The notes under the pieces were generated by a model. That model ran no database searches, was not told the origin of the DNA, and worked only from the letters and a program-made list of their open reading frames with translations. The position numbers and the translations under genes are program-made. A stretch of DNA of 64,000 nucleotides, taken from the sequence record PP400788. One strand, 5' to 3'. Source of the DNA: Escherichia phage FL33. Shown one piece after another: positions 29,370 through 39,895 of this stretch. Each line of letters starts with the position of its first letter. Positions within the stretch are counted from its first letter, which is position 1.

Positions 29370-30525
29370 TTAACTGATCTAGGTCAGTTTCTAAATCAGC
29401 TGCTGATTTACTTTTACTTTCTGGAGATTTAAATTTTTCAACCTTTGAGTTAATTAATTCATCAACTTCGGCTTCAACAATTTCATTACTATCAATAGCA
29501 CCTAATTGATAAGCACGTTTAATAGCATCTCGGAATGGTTGATGCTTAAATAAAGGACCCCAGAATGTAGTGCAGTTGGTATCTTTTGCACGCCAAGATT
29601 TTTCTTCGCGAATCATCTCGCCTGTTTCTTCGTCAAGAAATTCACGAGCATACCAGCCATTTTTAGGTTTTACTACAAATCCTAATTCAAGAGCCATATC
29701 TAACAATCCAGAATAAGGATCGATACCACCGTCAAATTTAACATCAATAAAGAATTTACTTTTTTCTTTAACGGTACGAGATTTTTCTACATTTAGAACA
29801 AATTGATACCCCTGAAGATCAGAACCATCTTTAATCTGGCGCTTACCGATAATGAATACAGTATCAGCCGAATACATTACGCCTGTACCACCTGTCATCA
29901 CGGTTTTACTAAACATTTCAATTGTTTCAATTGTATGGTTAACCGCAACGCATGGAATATTTTTAATACTAAAATAAGGAGTAACAATACGGAATAATGA
30001 CTTCAGCGATTTAGCACGAGTCATATCTGCCACAGATTTTTCATTCAAGGCATCTTCCGTTTCTTTCTTAGAAGCCATATTACCGATTGAGTCGATGAAT
30101 ACAATAACCTTTTCACCACGCTCAATAGCTTCAAGCTGATTCACCATATCAATTTTCAGTTGTTCAACTGACTGAATTGGTGTATGAATTACTCGTTCCG
30201 GGTCAACTCCCATGGATCGCAAATAAGCTGGAGTGATACCAAATTCGCTATCATAAAATAGACAAACTGCATCAGGATATTTGTTCAAATACGCCGCAAC
30301 CATAGTCAAAGACATATTTGATTTAAAGTGTTTAGAAGGACCTGCAAAAATGGTTAAACCAGACTGCATACCACCATCAATCGCACCGGAAATAGCAATA
30401 TTAAGCATTGGGATTTTTGTACGGATTACATCCTTTTCATTAAAGAATTTAGATGTAGTCAGTTCAGCAGTCATTTTAGAAGTGGAAGCTTTAATCAAAC
30501 GGGATTTTAAATCTGCAATAGACAT
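29344..30525 (-). CDS. uvsX: Recombinase UvsX (RecA/Rad51-like)
   Basis: 393 aa; N-terminus and core highly similar to remembered T4 UvsX. Confidence 0.95.
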   Translation of the reverse strand: MSIADLKSRLIKASTSKMTAELTTSKFFNEKDVIRTKIPMLNIAISGAIDGGMQSGLTIFAGPSKHFKSNMSLTMVAAYLNKYPDAVCLFYDSEFGITPAYLRSMGVDPERVIHTPIQSVEQLKIDMVNQLEAIERGEKVIVFIDSIGNMASKKETEDALNEKSVADMTRAKSLKSLFRIVTPYFSIKNIPCVAVNHTIETIEMFSKTVMTGGTGVMYSADTVFIIGKRQIKDGSDLQGYQFVLNVEKSRTVKEKSKFFIDVKFDGGIDPYSGLLDMALELGFVVKPKNGWYAREFLDEETGEMIREEKSWRAKDTNCTTFWGPLFKHQPFRDAIKRAYQLGAIDSNEIVEAEVDELINSKVEKFKSPESKSKSAADLETDLDQLSDMEEFNE

Positions 30526-30602
30526 TCATTTTTTCCATAGGCATCATTATATTTTCCTCACCGGTTAAAGATAGAGTAATTATAACACAATAAATTTAGG
30601 CA

Positions 30603-31445
30603 TTAATCAACTACTATTGGATGAATAGCATTAAACTTATGAAACGCTTCTGATTTTTCTTTGCGCGAAACACACATGCGAAGAACCTTTAATGGCTCAT
30701 CTTCTTCACCCAACGATTTTCTCTTTTCAATATTCGATGTTTTCCAACGAGCTTGCTCTGGAAATTCTCTATTGATTTGCTCAAGCGCTCTATTATGTTT
30801 AGAATTGCTACGAATTGAACTACATCCACCGGGGGCTTGTGCTTTTCCGGATACAACCAGATATTTGAACAAGGCCAAATGCGGATAACCTTGATTAATT
30901 AAATTGAGAAATGCATACATATCTTCGCATAAATCAATTTTTCCATACCCAATTTGTTCTGTTGTAAGTTTTCCAAGGTCATACCATGTATTCGTGAATC
31001 CATATGAATTTTCACGATAATTACCCCAAGATGAAGTAATTTTAAAAATAGGTAGACGAGCATGGCCATGATAATACCCGCAATCCATGGCATCTTCAAC
31101 GTATTGAATCAATTCATAGAACTGTTCACGAGTTAATTGATTAATTTTATCTACGCAGCGACGATCATCTTTCTTTCGCATTGAACTCATACGAATAGTA
31201 GTATCATCATCGATCATCCAAATTCGTTGACCTGCATACATATCAGTAATTGCTTTACGAGTACCGGCAATTCCATTAACATCATCAGGAATAGCTATAA
31301 TTTTAGCTCTAGACCCATAAGCATCATAATAAGCTTTTTCTTCGTGTTCACGCACTACAATATGGGGTTCATAATCAGTCGGAAACATATTAAGGGCAGA
31401 AACTGCCCCGACACGCTGATAACTTGGAATTACGAATTGAATCAT
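30603..31445 (-). CDS. Glycosyltransferase, GT-A/GT2-like (hydroxymethylcytosine sugar transferase candidate)
   Basis: 280 aa; N-terminal VIPSYQRVG and WMIDDD DxD motif; occupies the T4 beta-gt locus but unlike T4 beta-gt. Confidence 0.6.
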   Translation of the reverse strand: MIQFVIPSYQRVGAVSALNMFPTDYEPHIVVREHEEKAYYDAYGSRAKIIAIPDDVNGIAGTRKAITDMYAGQRIWMIDDDTTIRMSSMRKKDDRRCVDKINQLTREQFYELIQYVEDAMDCGYYHGHARLPIFKITSSWGNYRENSYGFTNTWYDLGKLTTEQIGYGKIDLCEDMYAFLNLINQGYPHLALFKYLVVSGKAQAPGGCSSIRSNSKHNRALEQINREFPEQARWKTSNIEKRKSLGEEDEPLKVLRMCVSRKEKSEAFHKFNAIHPIVVD

Positions 31446-32083
31446 TTAAGTGCCTTACATTTGTCAAAATGGTATCTTGTCATATTTGGCCCACGTCCTT
31501 TTAGTCCGCAATGCGGACATATTTTTTCTATCAAATTATGAGGTTTTCCTTTACGATTTTTAGACATCGTTTCTTTAATTATTTTAGCTTTTTCTGCGCC
31601 AAAAATTTCTTCATAAGTTTTACCAGAATTTTCCTTTGCTCGATTTATAATTCCATATGCCTGCTCATTTTTACCATACATTGGATTACCTTCGCCTTTC
31701 ATTCTTTTAGAATGGTCAGGACGCTTAATTCCACGAAAGGCATTTCCACATTTATATCTTTCTTCTGGAGATAGTTTCTTACCGTACATTCCATTTAATT
31801 TGCCCGGAAAACTTCCTCCCCATGCTTCATTCTTTAAATTATATGAATCTGGACAATTAGCAGCATCTAAACAAGTTAAAATAATTTCTTCAACCTGTCT
31901 AAACATTGGTCCTTCATATAATATTTCTTTATTAAAGGATTTTATTCCATATTTCTTTTTAGCATGTTGCCAAACTACACCCGAACCATCATAATTCAGG
32001 TTGTGACCATCATGACTTCCTATATACCACTTTTTAGTTTTAGGATGTTTATACTTATAAACATGTGGCGCATTTACTTCCAT
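31442..32083 (-). mobile_element. Free-standing GIY-YIG homing endonuclease gene (Seg-like)
   Basis: 213 aa; N-terminal VYKYKHPKTKKWYIGS GIY-YIG motif, NUMOD3-like repeats (GKLNGMYGK, GEGNPMYGK), C-terminal CPHCG..C; overlaps gene 42 end and glycosyltransferase start. Confidence 0.7.
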
Positions 32084-32814
32084 TTTCCAGTATAATCCTT
32101 TTTAGCAATATGGGTTTCACCGGTGTTCCACCAATGGTCAACCAAATAAAACTGATTTTCGTACACATGAAGACTTCCAACATTCCATATAATAGAACCT
32201 GCTTTATACTGTCGTGATGGGTCGCCTGCATTCAAATCAGATACTAATTTATCTAGTACGTATTTTTGCCACGCATAATCATTACGATAGCCTGCCCAGC
32301 AGTCATTGCTTCTCATATTAACAACTGCATTGACTTTCTTATCACGAATTAAGTATTGTACTGTATTAGTACACATGAAATCTGACATACCATCTTTATT
32401 GTAGTCAAATTGCATGGATGGACGAGTATAAATCATGATACCACGTCGAGAATCAGGATTTTGACCAAGTTCAGCTAAACACATATCATACTGGGCATAG
32501 TTATCTTCTGACCAGATAGCCCAACCATAATTCGAGTTAATTTCGCCTTTAGAAGATGCTACTTGCTGCCAAATCTTCGGTGTTTCACCCGGAATATCTT
32601 TAACGAACAAGCTTTTAGATTTATACCATTCAAGTTCACGCTGAATGTATTCATCATTAAGAGCGCCAAAAATAAACGGTTCATCTGCTACAAATGATGC
32701 GCCAATAATTTCAATAGTTTTAACACCAGTTTTATCAACTACGAAATCTTTTTCTTTTAATGCAAGCCCCAAATGAAGACGGATTTCTTCAACTGTCATA
32801 GAGTCACTAATCAT
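32074..32814 (-). CDS. 42: dCMP hydroxymethylase gp42
   Basis: 246 aa as T4 gp42; thymidylate-synthase-like fold. Confidence 0.93.
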   Translation of the reverse strand: MISDSMTVEEIRLHLGLALKEKDFVVDKTGVKTIEIIGASFVADEPFIFGALNDEYIQRELEWYKSKSLFVKDIPGETPKIWQQVASSKGEINSNYGWAIWSEDNYAQYDMCLAELGQNPDSRRGIMIYTRPSMQFDYNKDGMSDFMCTNTVQYLIRDKKVNAVVNMRSNDCWAGYRNDYAWQKYVLDKLVSDLNAGDPSRQYKAGSIIWNVGSLHVYENQFYLVDHWWNTGETHIAKKDYTGKWK

Positions 32815-32821
32815 TTAAACC

Positions 32822-32971
32822 TCAATTGATACATTCATATTTAACTTGTAACAGTAATAAACCCCAACCTAAAATAATAGTTGGAATCATAAGAGGAACC
32901 GTTACACTATAGTATATACTTATTATAATCATCAAGATTAAAAGCAACACTGCTATAATTTTGCTTTTCAT
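32822..32971 (-). CDS. Small membrane protein (49 aa)
   Basis: Hydrophobic ORF whose ATG overlaps imm stop (ATGA); below ORF-track cutoff; coordinates approximate. Confidence 0.4.
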   Translation of the reverse strand: MKSKIIAVLLLILMIIISIYYSVTVPLMIPTIILGWGLLLLQVKYECIN

Positions 32972-33219
32972 TCCTTCTCTCTGATGATAATTACCTGATT
33001 TGGTTGTGCAGACTTTTTGGTTTCACCCGCAATTGACCAAATAAATGTAATAAACCAACCAATAATTGACCAGTTAAACAGTAAAGATGTGAAAAAGATT
33101 CCTACTGTCGATTTTGACCCACGCATCAAGGCGATGAACCATGGAAGCATGTATATAATAATAGCCAACACACCTGAAACTAAAACCATAAAAATTGAAC
33201 CTGCTACTAAAGTTTCCAT
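32968..33219 (-). CDS. imm: Superinfection immunity protein Imm
   Basis: 83-aa two-TM membrane protein at T4 imm position between 42 and 43. Confidence 0.85.
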   Translation of the reverse strand: METLVAGSIFMVLVSGVLAIIIYMLPWFIALMRGSKSTVGIFFTSLLFNWSIIGWFITFIWSIAGETKKSAQPNQVIIIREKE

Positions 33220-33226
33220 CTTTTCC

Positions 33227-33607
33227 TCACTTAGTCAAATTTTTTACGCATGAATTATAAGAATTCACTACATACTCCATCGGAGCATTTTTACCAGTAC
33301 GCCATTGGTAATTATTAGCCCAATTAGCCCAAATTTCGGCGCAGTAGTTTTCAATTTTTTCTTCGCGTGTAATTACATCTGAATTACGATATGCTTGGGC
33401 AGATTCATCTGGACGAATAGCCTCATCAAAATTCGCCTGCATTTGTTCTACTGTCTGTTTTGGAGCTTCTTTATAACACTTGACATTAGGATTATAAAAC
33501 TTGCTTGAACAGTTTACAATTTTTCCTACATCAGACTGATTTACTACCGGTCCTTGAGCTACACAACCAGTAAGACCTAATGCAATAACCAAAATAGCGA
33601 TTTTCAT
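33227..33607 (-). CDS. Putative lipoprotein (126 aa)
   Basis: ATG at 33607 with GGAGA RBS; lipobox LTGC after signal peptide. Confidence 0.6.
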   Translation of the reverse strand: MKIAILVIALGLTGCVAQGPVVNQSDVGKIVNCSSKFYNPNVKCYKEAPKQTVEQMQANFDEAIRPDESAQAYRNSDVITREEKIENYCAEIWANWANNYQWRTGKNAPMEYVVNSYNSCVKNLTK

Positions 33608-33641
33608 TTCATTCTCCAAATCCGTATCAGTTGATAGTTGT

Positions 33642-33670
33642 ATAGTACCATGGAAGAACAGTCTTGTAAA
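33642..33670 (-). promoter_or_regulatory. Early sigma70-type promoter (repeated element)
   Basis: TTTACA-17bp-TACTAT with conserved flanks. Confidence 0.6.
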
Positions 33671-33744
33671 CAGTTTTGTGAAAAATTTTTCAATGAATTC
33701 AAAGGGTCCAGAATTATCTGTTTTTCATAAGTATAGATTTATAT

Positions 33745-33776
33745 TACTTGTATGAAAAAGGGACCCGGAGGTCCCT
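33745..33776 (-). terminator. Intrinsic terminator after gene 43
   Basis: AGGGACC-UCCG-GGUCCCU hairpin then UUUUUCAUA on minus transcript. Confidence 0.6.
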
Positions 33777-33788
33777 AGATTTATTCTA

Positions 33789-36485
33789 TCAGCCAAACAG
33801 GAAGTCTAACGAAGCTTTTTCTTCATAGTCCATACCAGCCGATTCACACATACCCGCAAGCGGTTTAACAAACGATTTTTGGAACAAAGTTGAGTAGTCA
33901 ATCCAAGACAGTACGTCAGAACGAATTTCTTTTGGAAGTTCCGTACCCGATGGCCAAGCAATACACTTGTCACCAAATGGATTTCCCTCACGTAATGGAA
34001 GAACCATTACTTTATTTCCATCCAAAATTGGAGCTACACCTAAACCGCTAACAGCTCGACGATAAGTTAGCACCCCACGAATGTGGAACGGGCATTTAAA
34101 TCCTGGCCAACCTTTATCGTCATATTTCGCTATATCGTTTGCGGTTTTTACTTCAGCAATAACTTTATAGTCAAGTTGACGATATTCTTTCTCAAAGTTC
34201 TTATAGTATTCTTGGACAGACTCTTCACCTTCCTGAAGAATGCGACGAATACTTTCTTCGAGAGCTTCTTGTACTGCTTTTGGTGTTGAACTCTGCTGAG
34301 TTTCCATACCCATGATTTTTAGATGTGGTTCAGCAAATCGCTTATCTTCCATATCATAAACGTTTAGAGCATAACGTTTTTTCGCTTTCCAAAATCCACC
34401 AACACCCTTTGAACCAAGCGGAGGACAAGAAATAGCTTCACGGTCCATATGCATCAGATGCTCGCGGTTATTCATATAATCACATAACTCACGATATGCA
34501 ACATCAATCATAGGTTCCATCTTTTTCTTACCGAACTGATTCATGAATTCAACTAAATCATTTTGTTCTTTAAAGCGGTCAAGACCTACTTTTTCAATTA
34601 CTTTATCTACACAAACATATACCGAATCAGTATCACCTGCTGCGATGAAATCTTCACCATCAGTTCCACATACTTTATTCAGATATTCATTAATTTTACG
34701 AGCAATCCACTGAATACCAACTTGACCAAAAATTGTGATAGCAGTAGCATTTCGCAAATCATAATAGCGGAAATGAATATTGCCAAGAGCACCATAAAGA
34801 CTGTTAATAAGAATTTTACGGTTCAGCTGATTTGTGTTAGCAAGTGTAGCTGCTTTTTCACATTCTTCGATCAGACTATTAAGAACAGATTCGGTGTAAT
34901 TCGATAATTCATTTAAGAAATCATCATTGAACTTAACATATCGTTCAACTTCTGGTTTAGTTGAACAAGACCCTGCACCTTTCATAATAATCTTTTTAAT
35001 AGCTTCGGCATTCATTTCTTCAGCGAACATTTTCTTTTTCCAATCTTTACGCTGGAAAAATACTTTAGCGATTTCCTTTGGAATGATACCTTCTTGATGC
35101 TTATCATACATCCATCCATTCGGAGAACATGAATACTCATCACTTGGCTTAGGAGCTGTTCCTGCGATATATTCATGAATTGGATGAACTTTGAACTGTC
35201 CGCGAATAGTCTCAGGACTAATGTTAACCTGACGAATAATACTTGGATACAGAGACGTCAAGTCAAAACTCATAATGTATCGACGGGCAATCGCTTTAGG
35301 TTCAAACACAAATGCACCTGGAAAACTTTGTTTAACGTGCGAACCTTGTTGAGGAATAACCTTATGTTCACCTTTCAATGAGTTAAAAATAATAGCATCC
35401 CAAGTTTTAATAGGACTCATTACACCAGAAAAAGGCATTTTAGCATAATAAGACATACTTAAAACTAGATCGATAAACCCACGAATTTTATCAATTGCTT
35501 GAACTGATTCTACGTCAATAATATTATAACTAATGTATCGTTGATGATTAGTCTCACGAAGTTTATTAATAGGACCATCATATGGTAATTTACCTTTTTT
35601 GGTTTCATGTTGAGCAACTGATTCCAAAGAGAATGATGGCAAATTAGTAAATGCGAATTTCTTGTACAAATCTAAATAATCAAGAATAGATACGCCATCA
35701 ATAGAATAAATTTCTTTGCTACCGTACATATTTTGAATTAGTTTAGATTTTACTCGACCGATTGGAGAGAAGCGTTTCATACTACGTTCACCGAGAACCA
35801 TTTTAACACGATTCATGATATACGGAACGTCAAATCCCTCAATATTCCAACCGGTAAAAATAGCAGGTCGTTTCTGTTCCCAGAGATTAATATATTCCAT
35901 GAGCATATCACGCTCATTATCAAATGGCATATAAATTACTCGGTCAAGAATTTCTTGAGGAACTTCATCACCACCTTCACAGTCAAGCTTAGCAGCTAAC
36001 TTTGCATCCCATTTTGATACTGAACCGTACATTGAATTCAACAAATCAAAGACGTAAAAACGGTCGTCAATTGAATCATAATGAGTGATAGCATCAATTT
36101 CATATTCTGCTTTCATTGGGTCAGGAAATTTATCGCCAGTAACCTCAATGTCACAGTTAGCTACACGAACAAATTTTCGGTCATAAACAATTTCTGAACC
36201 ATATGTATCACTGATATAAGCGAGTTTAAAATCGTTCATACCGAGAGCTTCGAGACCGATGTCTTCCATTCGTTTCATCCAATCTCGGGCATCTTTCATT
36301 GATGGAAATTTTTGAGGAGCGCAGTTTTTACCGTAAATGTCTTTGTATTTTGATTCTTCCTTACAATGTCTAAACATAGTCGGAAGATATTCTACTTCAC
36401 GAGTACGTTCCTTTCCATTTTCATCAATATAACGTTCAACAATATTATTTCCGACTGTTTCGATAGAGATATAAAATTCTTTCAT
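33789..36485 (-). CDS. 43: DNA polymerase gp43 (family B)
   Basis: 898 aa; near-identical to remembered T4 gp43. Confidence 0.97.
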   Translation of the reverse strand: MKEFYISIETVGNNIVERYIDENGKERTREVEYLPTMFRHCKEESKYKDIYGKNCAPQKFPSMKDARDWMKRMEDIGLEALGMNDFKLAYISDTYGSEIVYDRKFVRVANCDIEVTGDKFPDPMKAEYEIDAITHYDSIDDRFYVFDLLNSMYGSVSKWDAKLAAKLDCEGGDEVPQEILDRVIYMPFDNERDMLMEYINLWEQKRPAIFTGWNIEGFDVPYIMNRVKMVLGERSMKRFSPIGRVKSKLIQNMYGSKEIYSIDGVSILDYLDLYKKFAFTNLPSFSLESVAQHETKKGKLPYDGPINKLRETNHQRYISYNIIDVESVQAIDKIRGFIDLVLSMSYYAKMPFSGVMSPIKTWDAIIFNSLKGEHKVIPQQGSHVKQSFPGAFVFEPKAIARRYIMSFDLTSLYPSIIRQVNISPETIRGQFKVHPIHEYIAGTAPKPSDEYSCSPNGWMYDKHQEGIIPKEIAKVFFQRKDWKKKMFAEEMNAEAIKKIIMKGAGSCSTKPEVERYVKFNDDFLNELSNYTESVLNSLIEECEKAATLANTNQLNRKILINSLYGALGNIHFRYYDLRNATAITIFGQVGIQWIARKINEYLNKVCGTDGEDFIAAGDTDSVYVCVDKVIEKVGLDRFKEQNDLVEFMNQFGKKKMEPMIDVAYRELCDYMNNREHLMHMDREAISCPPLGSKGVGGFWKAKKRYALNVYDMEDKRFAEPHLKIMGMETQQSSTPKAVQEALEESIRRILQEGEESVQEYYKNFEKEYRQLDYKVIAEVKTANDIAKYDDKGWPGFKCPFHIRGVLTYRRAVSGLGVAPILDGNKVMVLPLREGNPFGDKCIAWPSGTELPKEIRSDVLSWIDYSTLFQKSFVKPLAGMCESAGMDYEEKASLDFLFG

Positions 36486-36564
36486 AGATATTCCTTAGTT
36501 TATAGCCCGAGTTATTAGGCTCTTGATATATTATACTCCAAATAAGGGGCCGAAGCCCCCTTGC

Positions 36565-36933
36565 TTAATTACCAATCGTATATTTAGGAACGAGTTTCCA
36601 TTCATGTTTTTGCTTAAAAGAAATAACTCGGAAGTTATTAGTTAAATCTTTCATAAAAGTTCTTTGACCAGGAACGATTTCAATCAGTCCCCAATCTTCT
36701 AACAGCCATGCAATCGAATCACGACGAACTTCATCTTCTTCTGTCATTTCAACCTGGCGACCATCCATACGAAGCATTTCTTTAAAATGAACGATATAGT
36801 ATAGTCCTTTTTTCTGGAGAATATGACAGGATTGATACAGAACTTTATCTTTATTATTAGCAATTCCCATACGAGTCAGAGTTTCTTTAACTTTCAGAAA
36901 ATCTTCAGGTTTTTTAAGAGTAATTTCAATCAT
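36565..36933 (-). CDS. regA: Translational repressor RegA
   Basis: 122 aa as T4 RegA; conserved position downstream of gene 62. Confidence 0.9.
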   Translation of the reverse strand: MIEITLKKPEDFLKVKETLTRMGIANNKDKVLYQSCHILQKKGLYYIVHFKEMLRMDGRQVEMTEEDEVRRDSIAWLLEDWGLIEIVPGQRTFMKDLTNNFRVISFKQKHEWKLVPKYTIGN

Positions 36934-36934
36934 T

Positions 36935-37498
36935 TTACCATTCCAATGCTAGTTTTTTGAGTTGTTTCTGTTCTTTTACGTTCTTAGTCACTTCTTTCAA
37001 AAAATCATCCGTGACTAAACCTTTTAGTTCCTTTAATACTAAAGGAAGTTTTCCATTTTTAGTAAGAATTGATTTATAGTTAATTGCATCATTTGTATTA
37101 ACTTGATACCGCTTAGCAAGTAACTTAATAATCAATACTTCAGTAGAATCTTCGACCAGTTTTGCCCATTTACCATATCTTTTACCACGAGGAACAGCAG
37201 CCATCAGATAATTAAAATGGGCTTCATCGCTTAAACCTGATCCAATTAAATTCATAGCATATACAGCTGGCATGCACTCCGGAAATTGTGATAATGCATT
37301 CTCAACCATGTATTTTGAATAATCTTTTTGAGCAATAGAGCATTTAGTTTTATTATTGATAGCCCCAATTATTTCAAAAAATTCATTTTCAGCTTTTTCT
37401 TTAAAAGAATCAGCAGCAGATTGGACAGCTGTCCAATCTTTTGAATACCAAGCAACTTGATGCTCGTTTAATTGAATATCATCTTCAAATAAGCTCAT
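36935..37498 (-). CDS. 62: Clamp loader small subunit gp62
   Basis: 187 aa as T4 gp62. Confidence 0.9.
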   Translation of the reverse strand: MSLFEDDIQLNEHQVAWYSKDWTAVQSAADSFKEKAENEFFEIIGAINNKTKCSIAQKDYSKYMVENALSQFPECMPAVYAMNLIGSGLSDEAHFNYLMAAVPRGKRYGKWAKLVEDSTEVLIIKLLAKRYQVNTNDAINYKSILTKNGKLPLVLKELKGLVTDDFLKEVTKNVKEQKQLKKLALEW

Positions 37499-37499
37499 A

Positions 37500-38459
37500 T
37501 CACTTCCACTGCATTTCGCATGCCAATTGAATGAAAAGATATGCTAAATGTAACTCAGTATTAGCCGCAATTCCATGATACTGATTATTTTCACCAACAA
37601 TTTCATACATACGAATAATACTTTGCGGAGTTACACGTGAATAAATTTCTTCGGCAAGTTTACCTACGAACCACGAATAATCAGCTGCATATTTTGGTGC
37701 TAAAGCTCTGAGCTGTTTAACATCTTTATTTTTGAGAGATTCAAGAACATCATCAATAGCACCACGATCGTTAGTAACCAGTGATAAAATACCAGCATCC
37801 AAAACACCTTTAGATGAATAACTATCGAGCTCGCCAATAGTTTTACGAAAATCAGGAAAATTCTTTTTAACCAAAGCTGCTACAACTTTCATATCAGCTA
37901 TAGCAATTCCTTCACGCTTGCAGATTTCAGTCAATCGACGAATCATCTGCTTCATCATTTCAATTTTATCTTCATCGGTTGGTTGACCGAACGTAATAAC
38001 TCGGCAGCGTGACTGAAGCGGTTTAATAATACCATCAATATTGTTAGCAGTAATAATAATACTACAGTTTGAACTATAAGCTTCCATAAAGGAACGAAGA
38101 TGTCGCTGAGACTCTGCTAACCCTGAACGGTCAAATTCATCAATGACGATTACTTTTTGACGACCATCAAATGAAGCTGCACTAGCAAAATTGGTCAAAG
38201 GACCGCGAACGAAATCAATTTTACAATCTGACCCATTCACAAACATCATATCAGCATTTACGTCATGACACAATGCTTTTGCTACGGTTGTTTTACCTGT
38301 TCCTGGAGAAGGAGAATGAAGAATAATATGTGGAATCTTACCTTTACTTGTAATAGATTTAAAGGTTTCTTTATCAAAGGCGGGAAGAATACATTCATCG
38401 ATAGTAGATGGACGATATTTCTGTTCAAGAATGTGTTCTTTTTCATTTACAGTAATCAT
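37500..38459 (-). CDS. 44: Clamp loader large subunit gp44 (AAA+)
   Basis: 319 aa from ATG at 38459 with GAGG RBS (ORF-track TTG start gives 324); Walker A GTGKTT. Confidence 0.92.
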   Translation of the reverse strand: MITVNEKEHILEQKYRPSTIDECILPAFDKETFKSITSKGKIPHIILHSPSPGTGKTTVAKALCHDVNADMMFVNGSDCKIDFVRGPLTNFASAASFDGRQKVIVIDEFDRSGLAESQRHLRSFMEAYSSNCSIIITANNIDGIIKPLQSRCRVITFGQPTDEDKIEMMKQMIRRLTEICKREGIAIADMKVVAALVKKNFPDFRKTIGELDSYSSKGVLDAGILSLVTNDRGAIDDVLESLKNKDVKQLRALAPKYAADYSWFVGKLAEEIYSRVTPQSIIRMYEIVGENNQYHGIAANTELHLAYLFIQLACEMQWK

Positions 38460-38510
38460 AATTTCCTCATTCAAGTTTTAGTGTAAATTATAAAGGGCCG
38501 AAGCCCTTTA

Positions 38511-39197
38511 TTAAAAATCGTGAGTAGAATCAGCTTCAAGAGCTACTACATAATTCGCATGTTCACCTTCAAATTTAGCAGCACCTTGTTTACCTTTTGC
38601 CCAGAGCAGAAGTTTATAATTTCCTGGTTGCATTTTCATATTTGCCATATTGATAATGAAATTAAATGTATTTTCACCATCATAATCACCAAGAGTCAAA
38701 GAATATTTAACACGGGTCAAAGCAGAATCTTCTACTTTATTAAAACCGTTAATTACGATTTTACCTTCTTTTACTGTGATAGCAATTGTATCAATCTGCA
38801 GACCGCGAGATACACGCAACAGCTGTTGAAGGTCTTCAGCTTTAATTTCAGTAACAACAGATGCTACTGGGAATGGAATTGGTTTATTAGGAGCAACTAC
38901 TGTACTCGGATCGGCTGCTGGCCAAAAAATTGTTGAACGGGCATCAGCAATTTTAATATTACCATCTTCTGACTGGGAAATTTCTGCATCATCATTAACG
39001 AGAGACAGAATACCGAGAAAACCGTTCAAATCGTAAATTGCTACATCAAAATCAATAGTGTCAGAAATATTTGCTTCCGCATAAGTTGTACCATTAACCG
39101 CGCGAGTCATAATAAATTGACCGGATTTAAGCATAATACCAGAGTTAATAGTAGCGAAATTTTTAAGCAGAGCAGTAGTATCTTTAGACAGTTTCAT
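38511..39197 (-). CDS. 45: Sliding clamp gp45
   Basis: 228 aa as T4 gp45. Confidence 0.92.
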   Translation of the reverse strand: MKLSKDTTALLKNFATINSGIMLKSGQFIMTRAVNGTTYAEANISDTIDFDVAIYDLNGFLGILSLVNDDAEISQSEDGNIKIADARSTIFWPAADPSTVVAPNKPIPFPVASVVTEIKAEDLQQLLRVSRGLQIDTIAITVKEGKIVINGFNKVEDSALTRVKYSLTLGDYDGENTFNFIINMANMKMQPGNYKLLLWAKGKQGAAKFEGEHANYVVALEADSTHDF

Positions 39198-39252
39198 GTA
39201 ATTTCCTTCAATTCAAATGAGATTTAATTTTATAACTAATTTAATAAAGCAA

Positions 39253-39642
39253 TTAACGATTAAAATCAGCAGCAATTGTTTCCGCAACAATTTGAGCAGC
39301 AACAATTAGACGTTCATCTGCATTACCGCAATAATCATCTTCAAGGCGTTCACCACATGAAGTCATAATAAATTTAGCACCAGCATTTAGAGATTCTGTC
39401 GTATGTTTGCGCATTAGTTCAATCCATTTATCACTCACTTCACGATCGATAGCTTCATAATACGCATGACGAGCAGGTGCAGATTTAATTTTGTTCTGAA
39501 TAACTTCCATTGCGTTATTAGAAAGAGACAAAACCCATGCTCGACGAATTTTATTTTGGTTTTGCGGATTTGATTCAGAACGCACGTGTTTTGGCTGAAT
39601 ATCTTTTACATCAACAGTATAATTCACAGTAATTTTAGTCAT
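39253..39642 (-). CDS. rpbA: RNA polymerase-binding protein RpbA
   Basis: 129 aa as T4 RpbA; located between 46 and 45. Confidence 0.75.
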   Translation of the reverse strand: MTKITVNYTVDVKDIQPKHVRSESNPQNQNKIRRAWVLSLSNNAMEVIQNKIKSAPARHAYYEAIDREVSDKWIELMRKHTTESLNAGAKFIMTSCGERLEDDYCGNADERLIVAAQIVAETIAADFNR

Positions 39643-39651
39643 AATACACCT

Positions 39652-39840
39652 TTAGTCATAATAATCAGTAACAGTCCAAGCTTCATTTCTGTTGGACATT
39701 ATTTTCGTATATTCTGCTTTAAATGCATTCTTAAGCATAGATTCAGTAACTATATGCTCTTCATTAGAAAAATTATTTCTCAGAATATATCGTTTTATTT
39801 CAGGAATAGTTAATAGATGCTGTCCAGTTGAATATTCCAT
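39652..39840 (-). CDS. Hypothetical protein (62 aa)
   Basis: Small ORF between 46 and rpbA. Confidence 0.5.
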   Translation of the reverse strand: MEYSTGQHLLTIPEIKRYILRNNFSNEEHIVTESMLKNAFKAEYTKIMSNRNEAWTVTDYYD

Positions 39841-39895
39841 GTTTTTCCTCCATAGAGATTATACTCTAATAAATTAAAGCATAATCTCTTATAAA

